Below are positions 8,294 to 18,188 of a DNA stretch of 64,000 nucleotides, in pieces. Each line of letters begins with the position of its first letter. Positions within the stretch are counted from its first letter, which is position 1. The stretch is from an uncultured Lachnospiraceae bacterium. Lineage in GTDB: Bacteria > Bacillota > Clostridia > Lachnospirales > Lachnospiraceae. The stretch is from positions 39,120 through 103,119 of the forward strand of contig CANQEL010000003.1 of assembly GCA_947594855.1 (NCBI GenBank), in the 5' to 3' direction. A program made the translations under genes and the position numbers. A model generated the notes under the pieces. That model did not search any database, was not told the origin of the DNA, and was given only the letters and a program-made list of their open reading frames with translations.

Positions 8294-9957
8294 CAAAACG
8301 AATTTTCAGGTCGATTCTTCTTGTAGCAGTCACTGTTTTTTTTGCCTGCGCAGTATTATTTCTCGGAGTGCTTTACGATTATTTCAAAAATGTCCAGCAA
8401 AGCGGGCTAAAGACGCAGACAGAACTTGCCGCGCAGGGAGTCCAGAATTCAGGCATAAAATATTTTGAAGGACTGGAACCCAAAGGCTACCGCATCTCCT
8501 TAATAGATAAAGACGGAAACGTGCTTTACGACAGCGAAGCTGACTCCTCTGAAATGGAAAACCATCTTGAACGCGAGGAAATCCGTGAAGCCTTATCATC
8601 CGGCTATGGCGAAAGCTCCCGGTACTCCGTTACTCTGATGGAACGCACTCTGTATAGTGCAAAAAAACTGCCTGACGGAACGGTAATTCGTATTTCTGTC
8701 GCACAAAGCACTCTCCTTACACTGCTTCTTGGAATGATGCAGCCTATTGTAATTATTATTTTTATTGCCATAGGAATTTCTTTCTGGCTGGCACACCGCC
8801 TTTCCAAACACATTACTGCGCCCTTAAACCGGCTGAATCTGGATGAGCCGCTCTCTAACGAGGGATATGACGAGATTTCTCCTCTTCTCAGACGTATTGA
8901 CGCCCAGAAACGACAAATAAAACAGCAGGAAAACAAACTGCGGCAAACGCAGGAAGAATTTGAAGCCGTTACGGAAAATATGGCGGAAGGCATTATTCTT
9001 CTGAATAAAAAAGGCATTATTTTAGGAATCAACCGTTCTGCGGCAAATCTTTTTAAAACGACACGTACCTGTATAGGAAAATATATTTTATCGGTAAACC
9101 GCAGCATTGAAATTTCAGAACTTTTTGCAGAAATAGAAAAAGGTGTGCGGGCAGAAAAAATCATAGACCTAAATGGTGGAAAATACCAGCTTGATATCAG
9201 CCCGGTGGGTATAAACGGCAATATCTCCGGCGCTGTTCTTCTTATACTTGACGTTACTGAAAAGGAACAGGCTGAACAGATGCGTCGGGAATTTACGGCT
9301 AATGTGTCACATGAGTTAAAAACACCGCTCCATACCATCGCAGGCTGCGCAGAACTTTTGGAAAACGGTATGGTGCGTTCTGAAGATACCATGAGATTCT
9401 ATGCGCAGATACGAAGCGAAGCAGACCGCATGATTTCTTTGGTAGAGGATATTATACATCTTTCCCATCTGGACGAAGGCGGCATCAATATGAAACGGGA
9501 AAATGTTGATCTTTATGAACTGGCTTGCGAAACGGTAAAAACGCTTTCTGATGAGGCTGAAAATGCCGGCGTTTCTTTAAACGTCGATGGTGAACACGCC
9601 GTAGTAAATGGCGTACCTCAGCTTTTACAAAGCATTGTTTATAATCTTACAGATAATGCAATCAAGTATAACAGACAGGGAGGAATGGTAAATGTATCAA
9701 CAGATTGTTCTGCAGGCGAAGTACGCCTTATTGTATCCGATACCGGAATAGGTATTCCCCCTGAGCATAAGGAGCGTATTTTCGAGCGGTTCTACAGAGT
9801 AGATAAAAGCCGGTCAAAAGAACTTGGTGGAACGGGACTGGGACTATCTATAGTAAAGCACGCCGCAAGGCTTTGTGATGCCAAAATAAGGCTGCAGAGC
9901 ACAGAAAATGAAGGAACTGCCGTTACGGTAATTTTCCCGGCTCCAAAAAATGAATAA
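8290..9957 (+). CDS. phoR: phosphate-sensing histidine kinase (PhoR-type)
   Basis: ATG 8290 overlaps the regulator stop (ATGA). Two TM segments, a PAS-like region, H-box SHELKTPL and G2 box GTGLGLSIVKH. Confidence 0.9.
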   Translation: MTKRIFRSILLVAVTVFFACAVLFLGVLYDYFKNVQQSGLKTQTELAAQGVQNSGIKYFEGLEPKGYRISLIDKDGNVLYDSEADSSEMENHLEREEIREALSSGYGESSRYSVTLMERTLYSAKKLPDGTVIRISVAQSTLLTLLLGMMQPIVIIIFIAIGISFWLAHRLSKHITAPLNRLNLDEPLSNEGYDEISPLLRRIDAQKRQIKQQENKLRQTQEEFEAVTENMAEGIILLNKKGIILGINRSAANLFKTTRTCIGKYILSVNRSIEISELFAEIEKGVRAEKIIDLNGGKYQLDISPVGINGNISGAVLLILDVTEKEQAEQMRREFTANVSHELKTPLHTIAGCAELLENGMVRSEDTMRFYAQIRSEADRMISLVEDIIHLSHLDEGGINMKRENVDLYELACETVKTLSDEAENAGVSLNVDGEHAVVNGVPQLLQSIVYNLTDNAIKYNRQGGMVNVSTDCSAGEVRLIVSDTGIGIPPEHKERIFERFYRVDKSRSKELGGTGLGLSIVKHAARLCDAKIRLQSTENEGTAVTVIFPAPKNE

Positions 9958-9970
9958 ACTAACAAAAAAG

Positions 9971-10006
9971 ACGGTATAGCCAAAAACTATACCGCCTCTA
10001 TTTTTT
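9971..10006 (+). terminator. rho-independent terminator after phoR
   Basis: GGTATAG...CTATACC hairpin (9973-9993) followed by a TTTTTT run. Confidence 0.6.
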
Positions 10007-10008
10007 AA

Positions 10009-10082
10009 TAGCGAGAAAGGGACTTGAACCCCCGACACCGCGGGTATGAACCGCGTGCTCTAGCCAGCTGAGCTATCTCGCC
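10009..10082 (-). tRNA. tRNA-Met (anticodon CAT, elongator-like; Ile-lysidine not excluded)
   Basis: The reverse complement folds as a cloverleaf: GGCGAGA/TA/GCTC-AGCTGGCTA-GAGC/.../CGCGG-TTCATAC-CCGCG/.../GGGGG-TTCAAGT-CCCTT/TCTCGCT-A. No CCA is encoded. Confidence 0.85.
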
Positions 10083-10121
10083 ATATTTAAAGTCCTCCAG
10101 AATAACCCTGAAAGACTTTAA

Positions 10122-10194
10122 TGGGACCTACAGGGCTCGAACCTGTGACCCTCTGCTTGTAAGGCAGATGCTCTCCCAGCTGAGCTAAGATCCC
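10122..10194 (-). tRNA. tRNA-Val (anticodon TAC)
   Basis: Reverse complement GGGATCTTAGCTCAGCTGGGAGAGCATCTGCCTTACAAGCAGAGGGTCACAGGTTCGAGCCCTGTAGGTCCCA. The cloverleaf is canonical, with anticodon loop CTTACAA. Confidence 0.9.
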
Positions 10195-10217
10195 ATGCAT
10201 TTTTGAACTGCTTTTTC

Positions 10218-10246
10218 ATTATATAGACGTATATAACATTTGTCAA
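10218..10246 (-). promoter_or_regulatory. consensus sigmaA promoter for the tRNA-Val/tRNA-Met pair
   Basis: On the minus strand: TTGACA (10246-10241), exact 17-nt spacer, TATAAT (10223-10218). This lies about 25 nt upstream of the tRNA-Val 5' end. Confidence 0.65.
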
Positions 10247-10273
10247 GCACTTTTTTTGAACGACGTTTGGGTT

Positions 10274-11407
10274 TCAGAATTTACGCCATTCATTAACATC
10301 AGATATGATAATTTCAGCTCCTTTTATAAGCCTGTCAAACACCCCGGACTTATAAAAACTTACAATTATCATACCTATCGGAATTCCTATAATCATTCCG
10401 AGTATTCCCATAACCCTGTAACCCACAAACATAAAAAACAACGTAGACAACGGACTAAGGCCTATACTGTCTGCTACCATTTTAGGCTGCAGGAACTGAC
10501 GTACTGCCTGACATATAAGATACAGTATAAATAGTATTACTGCCATGAGATAATTGCCTACAATTATCTCATATATACACCACGGCCATATAATAGCTCC
10601 GGCGCCGAATACCGGAAGAAAATCCACAACCGCAATAACAAGCGCAAATAAAACTGCATAATCCACTCCAAGTATAATAAGACCCACCGCAAGGATAAGA
10701 AAAACAAAACACATTATTTTAAACTGTGCCTTTACATAACCGCCCAATGCCGATACCGTATTACTGACGACAAGATTATATACTTCTTTAACTCCGGCAG
10801 GCATCTTCTGGGTAAAAAATCTTACAATATTGTTATGCTCTGCAGTAAGAAAATAGCTTACAAGAATTGTAATTACTGTCATAAGCAGTCCTTCTGCAAT
10901 ACTCTTTACAACATTCCCTGCTGAATATAATGAAATTTTATTTGAAGAAATATCTTCAATAAAGTAATTTATAATTTTACCTGCATTGTCAATTAAGACG
11001 TCAAACATATCGCGCGTACGCTCAGGAAGAATTGAATACTTTTGTCTCCATTCGGCAATACTGCTCTGGACCTGATCTGATACATACGAATACATTTCGG
11101 TAAAGTTACTTGCAAATCCCACGCCCTGTTTTATAAGAACATATACTACAAAATATAACACGCTTATAACAATGGCAAGCACACATATTATTACAATTGC
11201 AGAACCATGCTTTCGTACTATCTTTATCTTTCTCTCCATAAAATGCACAAGAGGATTGGCAATCATTGCTATAATCCATCCGACTACAAACGGCCAGAAA
11301 AATGCAAGCGCTTTCGGAATCACAAATATGACAAAAAGTATAATTGCCGCTGCAAGCAGATAATTAAATAGTATCTTTAAATATAATGCCGTTCTTTTCT
11401 CTTTCAT
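10274..11407 (-). CDS. ytvI: AI-2E/PerM-family membrane protein, YtvI-like (sporulation integral membrane protein)
   Basis: 377 aa with 8 or more TM segments. The overall pattern is that of the UPF0118/AI-2E family, and the N-terminal region resembles YtvI. Confidence 0.75.
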   Translation of the reverse strand: MKEKRTALYLKILFNYLLAAAIILFVIFVIPKALAFFWPFVVGWIIAMIANPLVHFMERKIKIVRKHGSAIVIICVLAIVISVLYFVVYVLIKQGVGFASNFTEMYSYVSDQVQSSIAEWRQKYSILPERTRDMFDVLIDNAGKIINYFIEDISSNKISLYSAGNVVKSIAEGLLMTVITILVSYFLTAEHNNIVRFFTQKMPAGVKEVYNLVVSNTVSALGGYVKAQFKIMCFVFLILAVGLIILGVDYAVLFALVIAVVDFLPVFGAGAIIWPWCIYEIIVGNYLMAVILFILYLICQAVRQFLQPKMVADSIGLSPLSTLFFMFVGYRVMGILGMIIGIPIGMIIVSFYKSGVFDRLIKGAEIIISDVNEWRKF

Positions 11408-11416
11408 AGTTCCTCC

Positions 11417-11896
11417 CTATCCCAATAATGCGCTAAGTCCTCCAAACACTCCTGAACTTACAAGTCCCATTATAACACCCGCAAGAAGTACTCCAAGCAT
11501 AACTGCCATTACACTTTTCTTAAAATCCATATCAAGTATACTGGCGGCAAGCGTTCCTGTCCATGCCCCGGTTCCCGGAAGCGGTATTCCTACAAATAAA
11601 AGCAGAGCAACAAATAATCCTTTTCCTGCTTTTGACTTAAGTTTTTCTCCGCCCTTATGTCCTTTATCGAGACAGAATGAAAAAAATCTGCCTATATATT
11701 TTTTATCTGCTCCCCATTCCAGTATTCTTCTGGCAAAAAAGAATATAAATGGAACAGGAATCATGTTTCCTATAATACATATTATGTATGATGTGACAAG
11801 CGGCAGCCCGAATCCTACTGCATAAGGTATTGCGCCCCTAAGTTCTATTATCGGAACCATAGATATAAAAAATATAATAATATAATGTTTTAACAT
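11417..11896 (-). CDS. small multidrug-export-family membrane protein (COG2426)
   Basis: 159 aa. N-terminal MVPIIELRGAIPYA motif is typical of this family. Confidence 0.7.
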   Translation of the reverse strand: MLKHYIIIFFISMVPIIELRGAIPYAVGFGLPLVTSYIICIIGNMIPVPFIFFFARRILEWGADKKYIGRFFSFCLDKGHKGGEKLKSKAGKGLFVALLLFVGIPLPGTGAWTGTLAASILDMDFKKSVMAVMLGVLLAGVIMGLVSSGVFGGLSALLG

Positions 11897-11912
11897 ATTA
11901 TTCCCCTTTCAA

Positions 11913-12533
11913 TCATTTATCGCCAAAATATTCTTCAAGTCTGTTCATCATTGCCATAAGAGCCAGCCCTCTGTGGCTTATTTTATTTTTCTCTTCCGGT
12001 GCAAGCTCCGCCGTAGTACATCCAAATTCCGGAACATAAAAAATGGGGTCAAAACCAAAACCATTCTCACCAGTCAGTTTATATGCTATGCTTCCTTCGA
12101 TAATTCCTCTCTCAGTAATTATATTACCATCCGGAAATGCGCATGCTATAACACATACAAAACGTGCGCCGCGTTCTCCGTCTTTTGCATCTGCAAGCTT
12201 GTCAAGTATATAATTATTCTTAACATCATATGAAGTATCCTCACCAAGAAATCTTGCTGAATATATACCCGGAGCGCCATTCATATAATCAATTTCAAGT
12301 CCCGAATCATCTGCAAGTACCATGCAGTCTGACAGCTTTGATATCTCTTTAGCTTTGATAACTGCATTCTCCTCAAAAGTACTCCCATTCTCAACAATAT
12401 CTGCATGTATACCCGCATCCTTAAGAGAAATTAAATCAATATTATAATTTTCAAGAAAATCACTCATAATTTCTCTTATTTCATTAAGTTTGCCTTCGTT
12501 ACCTGTGGCAAATATTATTTTCGTCTTTTCCAT
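11913..12533 (-). CDS. rdgB: XTP/dITP diphosphatase (RdgB/HAM1 family)
   Basis: FATGNEGKLNE N-terminus, GFGFDPIF, SHRG motifs. Confidence 0.9.
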   Translation of the reverse strand: MEKTKIIFATGNEGKLNEIREIMSDFLENYNIDLISLKDAGIHADIVENGSTFEENAVIKAKEISKLSDCMVLADDSGLEIDYMNGAPGIYSARFLGEDTSYDVKNNYILDKLADAKDGERGARFVCVIACAFPDGNIITERGIIEGSIAYKLTGENGFGFDPIFYVPEFGCTTAELAPEEKNKISHRGLALMAMMNRLEEYFGDK

Positions 12534-12543
12534 AATTCCTCCA

Positions 12544-13692
12544 TTAAGTATGTCTGGCAGGCGGTTTTGGACCCATATACTGCAAATAATAAGTTTTTAC
12601 CATACCATTATACAGTTTACGGTTTTTATCAGCTTTTCTTCCAATATACTTTTCCGCTTCACCGTATGCTGTTATTATATAATACGACCATGTATCAAGC
12701 AACTTAAAAGTCTCACCGATTTCTTTATACAGTCCGGGAAGATTTTTCTTCTCTTCAAGTCTTTCCCCATATGGCGGATTGGTAATAATAAATCCGTACT
12801 TTTTTGGACTTGAAAGTTCTTTTAACGGTCTTTTTTGAAAATGTATATATTCGGCCACTCCCGCAAGTTTGGCATTAGCCGTTGCCATTTTTATGCACTC
12901 GCCATCAATATCATATCCCTGAATCTGCATATAGGCATCCTTTTTTATCCTGCTTTCTGCCTCCTCATATGCTTCTTCATACATCTTTTGAATATTAGCA
13001 TAATCCCATTTCTGGGACAGAAAACTCCTGTTTAATCCCGGCGCAATATCGGCTCCCATCATTGCAGCCTCAATAGGTATTGTACCGCTTCCGCAAAATG
13101 GATCTATCAGTATCCGGTCTGCCTTCCATGGCGTAAGCATTATAAGCGGCGATGCAAGTGTTTCGGCAAGCGGAGCTTTCACTGTCCATTTACGGTAACC
13201 CCTTTTATGAAGAGATACTCCAGTTGTATCAATACCTACCGTAACTATATCTTTCATAATCGTAACCCTTAATGGATAATCTGCCCCGTTTTCCTGAAAC
13301 CAGTTAACTTTATACTTCATTTTAAGACGTTCAACTATCGCCTTTTTCATAACAGACTGAATATCTGTCGAACTGAACAGCCTGCTCTTTACTGAATTAG
13401 CTTTGGCAACCCAGAACCTTGCATCTGACGGCAGGAAATTCTCCCATGGAATACTTTTTGTATTTTCAAAAAGTTCATCAAATGTACTTGCCTTAAAAGA
13501 AGCAGCTTTAAGAAGTATTCTCTCTGCACTTCTTACAAATACATTAGCTCTGCACATGGCAGAAATATCTCCTTTAAACGTAACCTTGCCGTCGCTTACC
13601 TCTGAAATTTCATAACCCAGTTTTTCAATCTCGCGTCTGCATACTGCCTCAGTTCCAAAATGACATGGCGCAATCCATTCATATTCGTACAT
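12544..13692 (-). CDS. THUMP-domain class I SAM-dependent RNA methyltransferase (RlmL/YpsC-like)
   Basis: N-terminal THUMP-like region, DPFCGSGT SAM-binding motif, NPPYGERL motif IV. Confidence 0.85.
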   Translation of the reverse strand: MYEYEWIAPCHFGTEAVCRREIEKLGYEISEVSDGKVTFKGDISAMCRANVFVRSAERILLKAASFKASTFDELFENTKSIPWENFLPSDARFWVAKANSVKSRLFSSTDIQSVMKKAIVERLKMKYKVNWFQENGADYPLRVTIMKDIVTVGIDTTGVSLHKRGYRKWTVKAPLAETLASPLIMLTPWKADRILIDPFCGSGTIPIEAAMMGADIAPGLNRSFLSQKWDYANIQKMYEEAYEEAESRIKKDAYMQIQGYDIDGECIKMATANAKLAGVAEYIHFQKRPLKELSSPKKYGFIITNPPYGERLEEKKNLPGLYKEIGETFKLLDTWSYYIITAYGEAEKYIGRKADKNRKLYNGMVKTYYLQYMGPKPPARHT

Positions 13693-13752
13693 TAACTCAA
13701 TAAACCGCCTTATATATTAATATTCATATAGTATTCTATAATAACCGATACG

Positions 13753-14097
13753 TCAAACACTTTTTTCATATCTCATGTATCTGTCATACTCATCAATGCC
13801 GCCATACAGGCTGTATACATCTAATTTATACATATCCATTTTTTCTGCAATAAGCATACTCGAATTGCCTCTGGCACAATATAATATTATATTGTATCCA
13901 TTTCTATACATATTTAAAATTTCCTTAAACATCTCATCTTCATCTTCCATTATCTGCATGAATTTTTCCTCCGGTATATTTACTGCATTATTTATGTGAT
14001 GTTCCATATATTCTTCATATTCCCTGATATCTGCCAGAAGTATCTTTTCATGTTTTTCATACATCTTTTTTAGTTCAGGATAAGTTATTATTTTCAT
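13753..14097 (-). CDS. rhodanese-like domain protein
   Basis: 114 aa. LADIREYEEY...INNAVNIP and an active-site-type loop YCARGNSS. Confidence 0.8.
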   Translation of the reverse strand: MKIITYPELKKMYEKHEKILLADIREYEEYMEHHINNAVNIPEEKFMQIMEDEDEMFKEILNMYRNGYNIILYCARGNSSMLIAEKMDMYKLDVYSLYGGIDEYDRYMRYEKSV

Positions 14098-14138
14098 ATA
14101 ATCCCCCCGTTATAATTTATGTGCATGCCCTAAAGTTT

Positions 14139-14182
14139 GTTAAAAATAAAGGCATCTAAAGATTTTAAAACCTTTAGATGCC
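14139..14182 (-). terminator. rho-independent terminator after the repeat-peptide gene
   Basis: Perfect 11-bp stem GGCATCTAAAG/CTTTAGATGCC (14151-14182), followed on the minus strand by TTTATTTTT. Confidence 0.65.
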
Positions 14183-14207
14183 TTTATACAATTTAACTAA
14201 ATATCAA

Positions 14208-14402
14208 CTAACGTGAACAGTTTCTTGAGGAATCCCTTGAAGCGTCTCTTGATGAATCTCTTGAAGCATCCCTTGATGAATCTTTTGAACTATTCCTTGA
14301 ACTGTTCTGTGAACTGTTCTGTGAATAATTCTTAGAACTGTCTTTGGATGAATTCCTTGAACTGTTCTGTGCTTTATTCTTTTCATAACTGTTTTCACTC
14401 AT
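14208..14402 (-). CDS. small repeat peptide, (S-S-[RKQ]-[DN]) tetrapeptide repeats; function unknown
   Basis: AGGAGG sits 8 nt before ATG 14402. The product is MSENSYEKNKAQ followed by about 13 four-residue repeats. A second frame is also open across the repeat, so the frame call is tentative. Confidence 0.45.
   Translation of the reverse strand: MSENSYEKNKAQNSSRNSSKDSSKNYSQNSSQNSSRNSSKDSSRDASRDSSRDASRDSSRNCSR
14221..14372. repeat. 12-nt tandem repeat, about 12.7 units (consensus TTCCTTGAACTG / TCTCTTGATGAA)
   Basis: Read directly. Successive 12-mers from 14221 share TYYYTKGA(W)SNR. The period of 12 nt keeps all frames in register. Confidence 0.85.
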
Positions 14403-14468
14403 GACATTTACCTCCTGAATATATTTTTTACACAACTAGTATGTGCCTATTAAAAAAATATATTCATG

Positions 14469-14900
14469 CTATCTTACCATTCTTATAATTAACATTATAA
14501 GAATTATCATGAGAATTATTGGCAAAAAAATCCTTATTACCGAAAATACAAGCGACATAACCGCAAAAACAATTATTATAACCGCAGCTATAATAAGATA
14601 TTTATGAATTTTTGATTTTAATGTACCGTACGGCTCGTCACCATTTTCTTCCTGACCTGCGCTGCTTCCCTTATAGCTGTTTCTTATCGGGTCTTCTTTC
14701 ATATTGTAAGTCTGCACTATTGTTCTTGCTATAAGCCTTGGGTCTCCAAGTTTTGTAAGTACCTCTTCTTCCGTCTTACCCGAATCAGTCTCGCTCTTTA
14801 TATATGAAGAATAATACTCTGTCTGCCTTTTTAATTCACCTTCATCAACTTTTCCCCTGAGACTTTTTTCAAGTTCATGAAGAAATTCCTGTTTATTCAT
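14469..14900 (-). CDS. DUF1700-like membrane protein
   Basis: N-terminal MNKQEFLHELEKSLRG...YYSSYI...LGDPRLIA pattern of DUF1700. C-terminal hydrophobic TM region. Confidence 0.7.
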   Translation of the reverse strand: MNKQEFLHELEKSLRGKVDEGELKRQTEYYSSYIKSETDSGKTEEEVLTKLGDPRLIARTIVQTYNMKEDPIRNSYKGSSAGQEENGDEPYGTLKSKIHKYLIIAAVIIIVFAVMSLVFSVIRIFLPIILMIILIMLIIRMVR

Positions 14901-14917
14901 ATTTCCTCCAAATTTTT

Positions 14918-15256
14918 TTAAAATGGAAGTCCCATACCACCGGTAAGTGATTCCATAGCCTGTGAAGAAGCTTTTTCCATCTGGCGTAAGGCTTCATTTG
15001 TTGCAGCAACAATCAAATCTTCAAGCATCTCTATATCTTCAGGGTCCACGACTTCTTCAGCAAGCTTAACCGATACGACTTCCTTTTTGCCTGATACGCG
15101 TACCTTTACGGCTCCACCGCCTGCAGTGCCTTCCCATTCGCTACATTCAATTTCCTTTGATTTTTCTTCCATCTGACGCTGCATACGCTGCGCCTGTTTC
15201 ATCAGATTATTCATATTCCCCGGAATTCCTCCGGGAAACCCTCCTTTTCTCGCCAT
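14918..15256 (-). CDS. ybaB: nucleoid-associated protein YbaB/EbfC
   Basis: 112 aa. NMNNLMKQAQRMQRQMEE start. Canonical position after dnaX. Confidence 0.9.
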   Translation of the reverse strand: MARKGGFPGGIPGNMNNLMKQAQRMQRQMEEKSKEIECSEWEGTAGGGAVKVRVSGKKEVVSVKLAEEVVDPEDIEMLEDLIVAATNEALRQMEKASSQAMESLTGGMGLPF

Positions 15257-15286
15257 AACATTTCCTCCATAAAATAATAAATTTAT

Positions 15287-16849
15287 TTATTCGTAGCTTA
15301 TCTCTACGCCACTCTTCACAAGTTTTTCAAGATCAGGGTATATTCCCTCTCTTTCACTTCTTTCATCAATATATCTTATACTTATTTTTACATCCCTGTG
15401 CACATATTCATTAATATGTTCGCATAACTCCCTGTATGAGTTTTCATTATCAAGTATCATTGCAAGAGCCCTGTTAGGACTCACGAGCATAAGCTCATTT
15501 CCATCAGCGCCTCCTATGCTTAAAGTCATTTTTCTGACTGTATTCTGAAGCGCTGCATCAAGTGATGCAACAATATCACTCCAGCTTTCGGCTACTTTTT
15601 TAACATCATCAGGCAGTGCATCAGGAAGTATATTTACTTTTTTTTCAGGCTCAGGAGCCGCCGCGGAAACAGTCCCGGCAGTCGCGCCGGCATTATCATT
15701 ATAACCTGCTTCCAAACGTCTGATGCGTTCTTTAACGGATGTAATGTCCGTTTCCATCTGAGGTTTGCACATTTTAATAATTGCAACTTCAACCATAACC
15801 CTTTTTTGTGACGCATAACGTATTGAAGATGACAATTCAGACAAAATTCTTATATACCGTATAATAACCTCCGGCTGGATATTCTTTGCATACTCTCTCA
15901 GAATACTGATATTATCAGCCGACATATCTATCATATCTTCACAGTCATCATCCGAAGTCGATACAAGAAGCAGGTTTCTGAGATACCATACAAATTCATT
16001 TACAAACCATACAAGTTCACGCCCGCTTATGACAATCTCTTCTACTATAGAAACTGCGCTTTTTACATCTCCGTCACATATTGCCTTAAGCATCCTTCCG
16101 AACACTTCCGTATCAACTGCTCCTATTACTCCCAGAACTCTGTCATATGTAAGTTTTTCTCCAAGGTAAAACGATATACACTGGTCAAGAAGGCTTAATC
16201 CGTCACGCATTGAACCGTCTGCGCATTTGGCAATATATCTTAACGCCTTTTTCTCCGCCTCCACGCCTTCTTTATCTGTAAGGTCTGTAAGCTGTTCCAT
16301 AATTACATCCGCAGATATCCTGTGAAAATCATACCTCTGACACCTCGAAAGTATCGTAACCGGAATTTTATTCACTTCTGTAGTAGCCAGTATAAATATA
16401 ACGTATGAAGGCGGTTCTTCAAGAGTCTTTAACAATGCGTTAAAAGCTCCTGTTGACAGCATATGGACTTCATCAATTATATACACTCTGTATTTTCCCT
16501 CAGCAGGCGAATACTGCACCGTATCAATAATCTCTCTTATATTATCCACACTGTTATTAGAAGCGGCGTCAAGTTCTACTACATTTACCGAAGACTGCGC
16601 CTTAATTGCCCTGCACATTGCACATTCATTACAGGGGCCGTTTTCGGTAGGATGTTCACAGTTAACTGCCTTTGCCATAATCTTAGCTACGGAAGTCTTT
16701 CCTGTTCCACGCGTTCCCGTAAACAGATATGCATGTCCTATCCTGCCCATTTTAAGCTGGTTTTTTAAAGTCTTTATAATATGCTCCTGCCCTTTGACCT
16801 CACTCAGGTCATCCGGGCGGAATTTTCTGTATAAAGCCGTATAAGACAT
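15287..16849 (-). CDS. dnaX: DNA polymerase III subunit gamma/tau
   Basis: Walker A GTRGTGKTS, zinc module CNECAMC, DEVHMLS, SRCQRYDF. Confidence 0.95.
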   Translation of the reverse strand: MSYTALYRKFRPDDLSEVKGQEHIIKTLKNQLKMGRIGHAYLFTGTRGTGKTSVAKIMAKAVNCEHPTENGPCNECAMCRAIKAQSSVNVVELDAASNNSVDNIREIIDTVQYSPAEGKYRVYIIDEVHMLSTGAFNALLKTLEEPPSYVIFILATTEVNKIPVTILSRCQRYDFHRISADVIMEQLTDLTDKEGVEAEKKALRYIAKCADGSMRDGLSLLDQCISFYLGEKLTYDRVLGVIGAVDTEVFGRMLKAICDGDVKSAVSIVEEIVISGRELVWFVNEFVWYLRNLLLVSTSDDDCEDMIDMSADNISILREYAKNIQPEVIIRYIRILSELSSSIRYASQKRVMVEVAIIKMCKPQMETDITSVKERIRRLEAGYNDNAGATAGTVSAAAPEPEKKVNILPDALPDDVKKVAESWSDIVASLDAALQNTVRKMTLSIGGADGNELMLVSPNRALAMILDNENSYRELCEHINEYVHRDVKISIRYIDERSEREGIYPDLEKLVKSGVEISYE

Positions 16850-16890
16850 ATCAAAACAACCTCCGTAGCACTATGTTAAATATAAATATA

Positions 16891-17958
16891 TTAATCTCCA
16901 AAACAGATTCCAAGATTCTTAGCTTCTCTTATAATAGAAGAATCAGGATTAACCGCTTTTATCTTTCCGGCAACCTCTGAAAGCGGTACAGGAACTATTT
17001 CATTATTTCTGATTCCAACCATATAACCATACTTTTCTTTTATAATAAGTTCCGCTGCTGCCGCGCCAAGTCTGCTTGAAATAACCCTGTCATAAGGACA
17101 TGGTATGCCGCCTCTCTGTGTATGTCCCGGAACCATTATCCTTATTTCCTGTCCGGTCTTCTCCTCTATCTCTGCGCCAATCATATATGACACTGAAGGA
17201 TACATTTTCATTTTCTTCTTTATATCCTTTTTGGAGAGTTTTACATCCTCTTTTGATAAAGCTCCCTCTGCAACAGCCAGTATCGAGAACTTCTTGCCCT
17301 GTTCAGTACGCTTGTTAATAGCGTCAACCACCTTGTCAATATCATATGGTATTTCAGGAATAAGTACTATATCAGCGCCTCCCGCTATACCTGCATGAAG
17401 CGTAAGCCAGCCTACCGAATGTCCCATTACTTCAACAATAAATACACGGCTGTGCGACGAAGCCGTCGTATGGATATTGTCTATTGCCGCTGTAGCTATA
17501 TTCACGGCACTCTGGAAACCGAATGTCATATCAGTTCCATAAAGGTCATTATCAATCGTCTTTGGGCAGGTTACTACGTTAAGCCCCTCTTCACTGAGAA
17601 GGTTTGCCGTCTTATGCGTTCCGTTTCCTCCGAGTATAACGAGGCAGTCAAGTTTCCATTTAGCATAATTGTTCTTCATTGCCTTAACCTTATCCATCCC
17701 GTTCTCATCAGGTTCGCGCATAAGCTTAAAAGGCTGCCTTGATGTACCTATAATCGTTCCGCCTTCGGTAAGTATTCCAGAGAAATCTCTTGGATTAAGC
17801 TTTTTATAGTTGCCGTAAATAAGTCCCTTATACCCGTCAAGTACGCCTATAATCTCCACATCTTCAATTTTTTCATACAACGTTTTTGCAACACCGCGCA
17901 TAGTTGCATTGAGACTCTGGCAGTCTCCGCCGCTTGTTAAAAATCCAATTCTTTTCAT
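16891..17958 (-). CDS. pfkA: 6-phosphofructokinase
   Basis: TSGGDCQSLNA, GGNGT and PKTIDNDL motifs of the PFK family. Confidence 0.9.
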   Translation of the reverse strand: MKRIGFLTSGGDCQSLNATMRGVAKTLYEKIEDVEIIGVLDGYKGLIYGNYKKLNPRDFSGILTEGGTIIGTSRQPFKLMREPDENGMDKVKAMKNNYAKWKLDCLVILGGNGTHKTANLLSEEGLNVVTCPKTIDNDLYGTDMTFGFQSAVNIATAAIDNIHTTASSHSRVFIVEVMGHSVGWLTLHAGIAGGADIVLIPEIPYDIDKVVDAINKRTEQGKKFSILAVAEGALSKEDVKLSKKDIKKKMKMYPSVSYMIGAEIEEKTGQEIRIMVPGHTQRGGIPCPYDRVISSRLGAAAAELIIKEKYGYMVGIRNNEIVPVPLSEVAGKIKAVNPDSSIIREAKNLGICFGD

Positions 17959-18188
17959 AGTCTTACTCCTCTCCGCCGTATATGGCTAAAATTTTAAGTT
18001 CGACAAACAATATTTATCAATATATATAATATCAATATACCCTCAAAATGACAAGTTTATATTTCCTTATTAATACTTTATTTTTTCTTGCTTTTTTTCC
18101 ATACATGAATTAAAATATATCTATGTATATTATTTGCGGTATACAAAAAATAATAATTTATAAAAATATGAAAGGAAGGTATTATTAA

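Noticed and set aside
8604-9392. 262-aa minus-strand ORF inside the histidine kinase gene.
   Set aside because: It is antisense to phoR, whose H-box and ATPase motifs are clear. The product is Ser/Arg-rich and has no start context.
14204-14398. Alternative frame through the 12-nt repeat (HRTVQGI-type His/Gln-rich product, GTG start).
   Set aside because: It is kept only as an alternative. The ATG frame has better SD spacing. Both frames are open simply because the repeat period is a multiple of three.
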